Below are positions 58,057 through 64,000 of a stretch of 64,000 nt of DNA, piece after piece. Numbering within the stretch: the first letter of the stretch is position 1; each line of letters starts with the position of its first letter. Source of the stretch: Macrostomum lignano (Eukaryota); the NCBI GenBank assembly GCA_002269645.1, contig NIVC01003413.1, forward strand, positions 35,245-99,244, written 5' to 3'. The translations under genes were made by a program, and so were the position numbers. The notes beneath the pieces were generated by a model. The model made no database searches. It was not told the DNA's origin and saw nothing but the letters and a program-made list of their open reading frames with translations.

Positions 58057-58376
58057 ACAGCTAGAATGCTTTGAATGCATTGGACTAACTAAATTACTTT
58101 TAGCTTGCACATGATTATCCAGCCTGACGGCACTATGCTGTTTTTTATCTCTGCTATTTCTGAAATGCTGGTGTGCGAGTGTTTTAGTGTTCGTTTTTAT
58201 GGATTGTTTGCTTTCGGAAAATACACCGACTGTTACGATGTTAGAGGTTTCAATCTGACAGTAATAAATTAATTTGCCACTCGTTTCTCTATCATTTAAT
58301 TGGAATATAAATTTCTACTTAAGAAAAAATACTGTACAGCTAGAGCAGGTGGATAGGCACGTATCTTGATAAACCC

Positions 58377-59447
58377 ATGATGGAGAAAATTTATTTGAAA
58401 CCTGAGCAACCGGCTAGTTTTTCTTGTGCCTCAAAGTTGCTGCATGAAGTGAGGCAAAGAGGTGATCGAATATCTGCAAAGAGCATTGAGCAGTGGCTCA
58501 GCGAGCAGCCAGTGCACACTCTGCACAAGCCAGCTAGGAGGCGATATCCAAGGGCCCCAATCATAGTGCGCGCAATCGATGATCAGTGGGAACTTGACTT
58601 AGTGGAAATGATTCCATTCGCAAAGCATAATAAAGGCTACAAATATATTCTCACATGCATTGACGTGCTCTCAAAATGTGCTTGGGCCAAGGCACTGAAA
58701 AATAAATCTGCTGCAGAAGTGAAGTCAGCATTCGAGAGCATACTGAGAAGTTCAAAGCGCCAGCCACGCACAGTTCGCACAGATCAGGGGAAGGAATTTA
58801 TCAACTCCACTTTCCGTCAATACTGCATTGACAGAGGGATTCTGGCTTTCCCAACTAACAGCGAGCAGAAGGCAGCTGTCATTGAGCGATGGAATCGAAC
58901 TCTGAAAAGTAGAATGTGGCGCTACTTCACCTACAAGAGCACACTGCACTGGCTTGATGTGCTGCCTAAGCTGGTAAAATCCTACAACAATACCTACCAC
59001 AGAAGCATCAAAATGGCACCCACTAGTGTCTGCAAAGAGAATGAATCTGAAGTGTGGATGAACCTGTACGATGGAAAAGCAGTCGAGACTCTAGAAAAAT
59101 TAAAGAAGCCTAAGTTCGCTGAAAACCAGTCAGTGAGAATTTCCAATGCTCCACGGATATTCAAAAAGGGATACAAAGCGAGCTGGAGTGAGGAAGTGTA
59201 CACCGTGGTGAGCAGAGCCCCAAAACATTATCCCTACATGTACAAGATTAAAGACATGCGGGGGCAAGAGATTCGAGGACTCTTCCATGAGCACGAGCTG
59301 CAGGCTGTCCCGGACTCACAGCGGCTGTATGTGATTGAGAAGATCCTGAAAACGGAGAAGCGGAAGGGAAAAATTCGCTATCTGGTGAAATGGGCGGGCT
59401 ACGACTCGACTGGCTGGGTGGATGAAAAAGACTTAAGAAAGGTTTAG
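58377..59447 (+). CDS. Maverick/Polinton rve (DDE) integrase with C-terminal chromodomain
   Basis: WELDLVEM, CIDVLSK, TDQGKEF, IERWNRTLK, YNNTYH; chromo IEKIL...YLVKWAGY...WV; intact. Confidence 0.95.
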   Translation: MMEKIYLKPEQPASFSCASKLLHEVRQRGDRISAKSIEQWLSEQPVHTLHKPARRRYPRAPIIVRAIDDQWELDLVEMIPFAKHNKGYKYILTCIDVLSKCAWAKALKNKSAAEVKSAFESILRSSKRQPRTVRTDQGKEFINSTFRQYCIDRGILAFPTNSEQKAAVIERWNRTLKSRMWRYFTYKSTLHWLDVLPKLVKSYNNTYHRSIKMAPTSVCKENESEVWMNLYDGKAVETLEKLKKPKFAENQSVRISNAPRIFKKGYKASWSEEVYTVVSRAPKHYPYMYKIKDMRGQEIRGLFHEHELQAVPDSQRLYVIEKILKTEKRKGKIRYLVKWAGYDSTGWVDEKDLRKV

Positions 59448-59475
59448 CTTTGGCACAGCCCTCATCATGTAGTTT

Positions 59476-60294
59476 ATGATTATAATGCGAACTATTTTGA
59501 TTAACAGTGAGCATGCTGAAGGTACTCCTAGTGACTTTAATTTTTACCTGCCTTCACCTATTTACTTGGATCGAAATGTGGACTATGAGGCAGGTCTGGC
59601 TGAAATCCATCTGCCTGCTGCATGGTTCAATGTTGACGAGCCTTACTGCTTCACTGTCTCAGATGGAAGAGAGCATGAGGCCCTGGTTCTTCAACCCGGA
59701 CGCTTTGCTAGAGTGGAGGAGCTGGTGGAGCGCCTGAATGAGCTGCTGGCCAACTCTGATTCGCTGTTCTTTGATGCAATGAGTGACAGGGAGTCTGAGA
59801 TGGAGGCTGATGAGTCCGGCCTGATGGGGCGTAGTGGCAACAGGGAATTTGGTATGAAGTTCGAAATCCGCAACTCACGAACTGTGGTGCACAACAACAC
59901 TGCGAGAGCAGAGCTGTTTCTTCCATCTAGTAAAATTCTGCATTGGCTGGGATTTGGAAACCAGGCTGTGAAAATCCAGCCAGGGAGCCGCGTATCCGAG
60001 CATTGCATTGGCTGCCCGCGCACCAGCTTAATCAATGTGCACTGCAGTATCGTTGAGTCAACTAATTGCAACTGGAGCTCCTTGTTGAGAACAGTTGGAA
60101 TGAAAGCTGGCATTGAATGGGGCAACTATCAAACAAAAATATTTAAGAAAACAATATTCTTCCCGATTCAACGAATCAGTCTTCTTCACAGCATTCGAGT
60201 TCAGCTGCGGGACATCTATGGTTGCCCACTGATTGCACAGACTCACAGCCCTGTTCTGCTTACAGTTCAAATTCAGGAGAAACGCATTCAATGA
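59476..60294 (+). CDS. Minor capsid (penton) protein, element B
   Basis: NSEHAEGTPSDFNFYLPSPIYL...YEAGLAEIHLP, INVHCSIVE, SIRVQLRDIYG; intact. Confidence 0.8.
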   Translation: MIIMRTILINSEHAEGTPSDFNFYLPSPIYLDRNVDYEAGLAEIHLPAAWFNVDEPYCFTVSDGREHEALVLQPGRFARVEELVERLNELLANSDSLFFDAMSDRESEMEADESGLMGRSGNREFGMKFEIRNSRTVVHNNTARAELFLPSSKILHWLGFGNQAVKIQPGSRVSEHCIGCPRTSLINVHCSIVESTNCNWSSLLRTVGMKAGIEWGNYQTKIFKKTIFFPIQRISLLHSIRVQLRDIYGCPLIAQTHSPVLLTVQIQEKRIQ

Positions 60295-60668
60295 ACTACC
60301 AGCAGCTAATCCAGCAATATTCGGGGGTGAGGACAGGACACGAAAAGCCTGCACTCTATGGCTGTGGGAGCTTCCCAGGGATCATGACATACCAGCCTCC
60401 GCCAGCGGCTATATCATCATCATCAGCCTCGACGCTTAGCAACGTCAGGCGCAAAAGAAATACTGAAGCAAGTCCGAAACGATTGAAGAAAAAGAAGGGC
60501 ACCCGAAAGGCAACTGGTGGAAATCGCAGTAAGAGGTCGAGCAAGGCTAGTGGGAAAAAGCTTAAGAATAGGAAGACGAAAGCAAAGAAGAATAGAGCAG
60601 GCGGAGGAAAGCGAAAGCAAAAAGTCAGCAAGAAAACTGTGAAACGCGTGCTCGACTCTCTGTCATAG
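60291..60668 (+). CDS. Basic K/R-rich putative core protein, element B
   Basis: ATGA overlap with the penton stop; YGCGSFPG then lysine/arginine-rich tail. Confidence 0.6.
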   Translation: MNYQQLIQQYSGVRTGHEKPALYGCGSFPGIMTYQPPPAAISSSSASTLSNVRRKRNTEASPKRLKKKKGTRKATGGNRSKRSSKASGKKLKNRKTKAKKNRAGGGKRKQKVSKKTVKRVLDSLS

Positions 60669-60670
60669 AC

Positions 60671-61952
60671 ATGGCTTACGGATTCAATCCCAGACTTGAT
60701 TTATTTAAGACGCCCGTTCTACAAACCTGCATTGAAAAAGCTACTTATGTTGATATTCACCCAGTTAATTCCATTGTTGCAAACTCTCCATTGAATTTGA
60801 CTGCCACCAATCTGCCGATGAATATACAGATCTGCTTAATTCTTTTCTTTATATTCGCTGCCGCCTTGTGAGACTGGATGGGGGTTTGCTGAGGGAGGAT
60901 GTTCGAGATGGAGATGGCATCATCACCGAGCGCAGAGACAGTGACGTGCACCCAGAAAATTTTGTTCTGTCTACAGCCTTCTCAGATGTAATTGTGAGCA
61001 TTAACCAGCGAGTGGTGTCTGGTGGAGACCAGCTCTATCCCTACCATGCGTACTTCAAAGCACTAATGAGCTCATCCGATGCCCAGCAACTAAAACTTTA
61101 CCCTGCTGGCTTCCTGGAGCCGAACTCGGCAGCTGAAGAGCACACGGAGAGCCACAGGGAATCCCAATGGATGGAGTATGCGGGGCCGCTCTTCAGCGAT
61201 GTTTTCCAGTGCCCAGTGTTTCTGCTAAGCAATCTGCACCTGCACATCAAACTGGTCCCAGCGATGGGGCCTTTGCCATCAGAACCCCGAATGCAAACAA
61301 CGCGGCATACCGAATGGAAATCTCTCACAGCATTCTGCATCTTCGCCGAGTCAAAGTGATGCCCCACATCAGCCTGGCCCATGAGCAGGGGCTGACAAAC
61401 CAAAATGCACTGTATCCCATCGAGCGAACTGAAATGCAGAACTTCATCCTACCCCAGGGTATTCAGTCAAAAAACATTGAAGGATTCACTCATGGAAAAT
61501 TGCCGAAGTTCATCATGCTGGCCTTCGTGAGCCACCGAGCATTCAACGGTCATCATCACGCGAGCCCGTTACAGTTCCAGAGCTTCAACCTTAGCCGATT
61601 GGCTCTAAAGAAAGGTGGGGAAACCGTGTGCCACGGCGCCTTCACACCTGAAAACAATTCCTTCGTAAGAGAATACTTGCACTACCTGAAAAGCTGTCAA
61701 TCTGCAAGCCACACAAACTCGGTCCCGTGGATCCCCTACCAGCTCTTCTCCAACAACACCACGGTGTTTGCATTCGATCTCACACCCGAGGGAGCGGCTC
61801 TGTGGTACGGACAGAAGGAGGGCAACCTGCGGCTGGAGATTCGCTTCCAACAGGCTCTGAATGAAGCGGTGTCCCTGATTGCTATGTGCCTGTATGACTC
61901 GCTGATTGAGGTCACCAAGCACCGAGAGCTTTTGCTGGACTATTCCTCTTAA
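60671..61952 (+). CDS. Major capsid protein, canonical Maverick type (two frameshifts)
   Basis: LDLFKTPVLQTCIE, YPYHAYF, YPIER, AFNG, FAFDLTP, GNLRLEIRF; single-base gaps at ~60790 and ~61260. Confidence 0.9.
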
Positions 61953-61957
61953 TTGAC

Positions 61958-62470
61958 ATGGATGCAATTCAACTACTTAATCTCGCCAGAAAATTTTTGC
62001 CTTACCAAAAATTTCTCATAGTTACTTTACATTTGCGCTATAAAAATTCTCTGCCCTTGAATGTAAAAAGAAAATTTAGATCATCAATTTCCTTTGAAAA
62101 CAAGTTTGTTTTTGTCCTACTTCAGCACAATGGCTCATTTGGTCACTGGGTGGTGTGCTATGTTGGGCAAGGAAATCGCATTGAGTTGTTCAACTCCCTC
62201 GGCTGGGAACCTGAAATTTTATCTTTGGTTTATAATTTGTTTCGAGAGATTAAAACAACTGGCTTTTGGCTCCGAAGCAATATAAACAGAGTTCAATGTG
62301 CTAACTCTAATAAATGCGGAATGTTTTGCATCTATTTTGCTTATCAAAAGTTTCTGTTCAATCGGTCATTTGAGGGGATTTTGAAGCATTTGCATGCTAA
62401 TGAGAAAAATCATTTGAATGATAGAATCTTACAGAGGTTTGAAGCCAACTTAAGAAAAAGATGTCCGTGA
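61958..62470 (+). CDS. Adenain-like cysteine protease
   Basis: GHWVVCY, IELFNSLG, VQCANSNKCGMFCIYF catalytic motifs. Confidence 0.9.
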   Translation: MDAIQLLNLARKFLPYQKFLIVTLHLRYKNSLPLNVKRKFRSSISFENKFVFVLLQHNGSFGHWVVCYVGQGNRIELFNSLGWEPEILSLVYNLFREIKTTGFWLRSNINRVQCANSNKCGMFCIYFAYQKFLFNRSFEGILKHLHANEKNHLNDRILQRFEANLRKRCP

Positions 62471-63139
62471 TTTCTAATATTTATGCATTAAACATGGGAG
62501 AAAAGCAAGTTTGCTACGATATCCGCCTCAGGCAGGGAAGCTGCATGATTGTCTGCGGGCCCACCAATGCAGGAAAAACAACCTTTGTCGAACACCTGAT
62601 CCAGTACAGAGACGTCATGTTTGATGTGAAGCCTGGCAGAGTTCTGTGGTACTATGGGATCTCACAGGCAGGCCATGCAGAACTGAACAGCCTAGGTGTG
62701 CAGCTGCGCCAGGGATTTCCCACCAACATCGAGGCAGCACTTAGGCCCAATGACCTGGTTGTTTTCGATGACTTAATAGAGGAAACTTCAAACTCTGCTT
62801 CAATGCGAAATTTTTTCACAGGAATCGCACATCACTTGCCGTGCTTTTGGTGATGCTGACTCAGAATATATTTTTCAAGGGAAAAGAGTCGCGAACAATG
62901 AGCTTGAATGTAATGTACTTAGCTATCTTGAAAAACCCCGAGACCAGCTGCAGATTGCAGCACTGGGCAGGCAGTGCTTTACAGAGAAGCCCGGCTTTCT
63001 GCTGTCAGTGTTCAAGCACGTGACCGCGCAGGGCAGGGGAGCCTACCTGTTCCTAGACTTTCACCCATCAACTCCCGATGAGCTGCGAGTGCGGGCCAGA
63101 ATTCTGCCCAACCAGCGACCCCATCTTGTATTTGCTTAA
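62461..63139 (+). CDS. A32-like packaging ATPase, element B (two frameshifts)
   Basis: GPTNAGKTT, VVFDDL, MLTQNIFFKG, shifted NPRDQLQI..LGRQ and YLFLDFHP. Confidence 0.9.
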
Positions 63140-63180
63140 GAAAGTGAAGCTTGTTTTTATCAGCTATTGTTTTCATCGCA

Positions 63181-63517
63181 ATGGAAGTGCTTGATTCATA
63201 TGCAAGTCTTTTTGCGGTTCTTGCGTCACCTAAATATACCGTGCGCTTCAAGCGGCTGTTGATAAAAAATTGTCCAAAAGAAGTGCGTTATTTTCTTGTC
63301 GAGGCCTGCCATAATCTCTTACAAAACAATCTATCGTTTTCGCTCGATGAAAAGCTGTTCTTGCAAAGTCAAAAGAGATAATTCGAAAAATTACTCACAA
63401 AAGAAAAAGACAGACTTGTTGAAGGCTGGCTTCATCAAAATACTCCCGATTCTGCTTAAGCTGGTAAAGAAGAAGAAGCAAAATGAACAAATTTTCAGAA
63501 ATGGTTCTGATTCCTAA
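63181..63517 (+). CDS. Conserved Maverick small ORF (frameshifted)
   Basis: LVEACHNLLQNNL and GFIKILPILL resemble the small Maverick ORF that follows the ATPase. Confidence 0.55.
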
Positions 63518-64000
63518 AGCAGAGTATGAGATGTTGATGCAGAATTTGAAGCCAAATGAGACTACCACTGAAGCTGACTTGAAGCAGGCTCAGAAGAAAT
63601 GCGATGACATCTTGTATGCCGAGGATTGTCCAGAAGATGTGAAAACCGCCATGTACCAAAGTGCAATGCAAAGTTTGCTGGCCAAGCGCAAGCACGCTGG
63701 AAAAGAAGGAGCACGCAATACTGAAGCCAAGTTGATGAAAACAGAGACACCCAGATAAGCACCTGGGAAGAGAAGATCAGCAAGTCGTGTGCCACAGAAA
63801 TTCAAAACCAGGGCTCGCAGTCTGTGGACGATCCTGTCCACCAATCCAGAGCTGATTCGAGTTTGTGAAAACGGGGAGGTGGAAATCGCCAGGCCACGTC
63901 AATCCCTTCCTCAAACATACTGCGACTTGATTCAGCACACAGTGAGGGATCGCCATGTGAGCGTGAACCAGTTGGGTGGGAACGAGTTCATCGATTTTCT
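63483..64000 (+). CDS. Maverick accessory ORF, interrupted, runs off window
   Basis: MVLIP start; downstream VPQKFKTRARSL...ENGEVEI motif. Confidence 0.5.

Larger units (their letters stand above)
56500..64000 (+). mobile_element. Maverick/Polinton element B (left part)
   Basis: AGTAGTAG start, subterminal repeats, then PC4, integrase, penton, core, MCP, protease, ATPase in canonical order. Confidence 0.85.

Noticed and set aside
1-64000. Assigning the host species (the style recalls a flatworm such as Macrostomum)
   Set aside because: Only an impression from repeat content and composition; needs BLAST of the exons

Overview
Eukaryotic (invertebrate-like) genomic DNA in two parts. (1) 1-48.1 kb: one minus-strand, intron-containing gene for a very large secreted protein. 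A signal-peptide exon (ATG at 48099) is followed by at least five tandem ~1,000-aa modules, each EGF/EGF-Ca - variable linker - NIDO - AMOP - VWD - Ig/cadherin-like - EGF (MUC4/SUSD2/Mesh-type architecture). I traced 44 exons by hand; all have canonical AG/GT ends (the last runs off the left edge) and splice in frame (~14.1 kb CDS, ~4,690 aa). The modules carry hypervariable Tyr/Trp/Arg/Cys-rich loops in a conserved scaffold. The introns hold (GTCA)n arrays and many transposon remnants: Gypsy, two R1/I-group LINEs with RNase H, two Penelope fragments (one with inverted arms and a hammerhead ribozyme), a tRNA-SINE, a hAT MITE, a Crypton-like tyrosine recombinase and a THAP element. (2) ~49.7-64 kb: two different Polinton/Maverick (adintovirus-like) gene sets side by side, each with its own major capsid, minor capsid and packaging ATPase. 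The second has an rve integrase-chromodomain, cysteine protease and PC4 gene, and appears to be inserted into a membrane-protein gene of the first at an AGTAGTAG terminus (56500). No pPolB gene lies in the window. All domain and family calls are by motif recognition, not database search.
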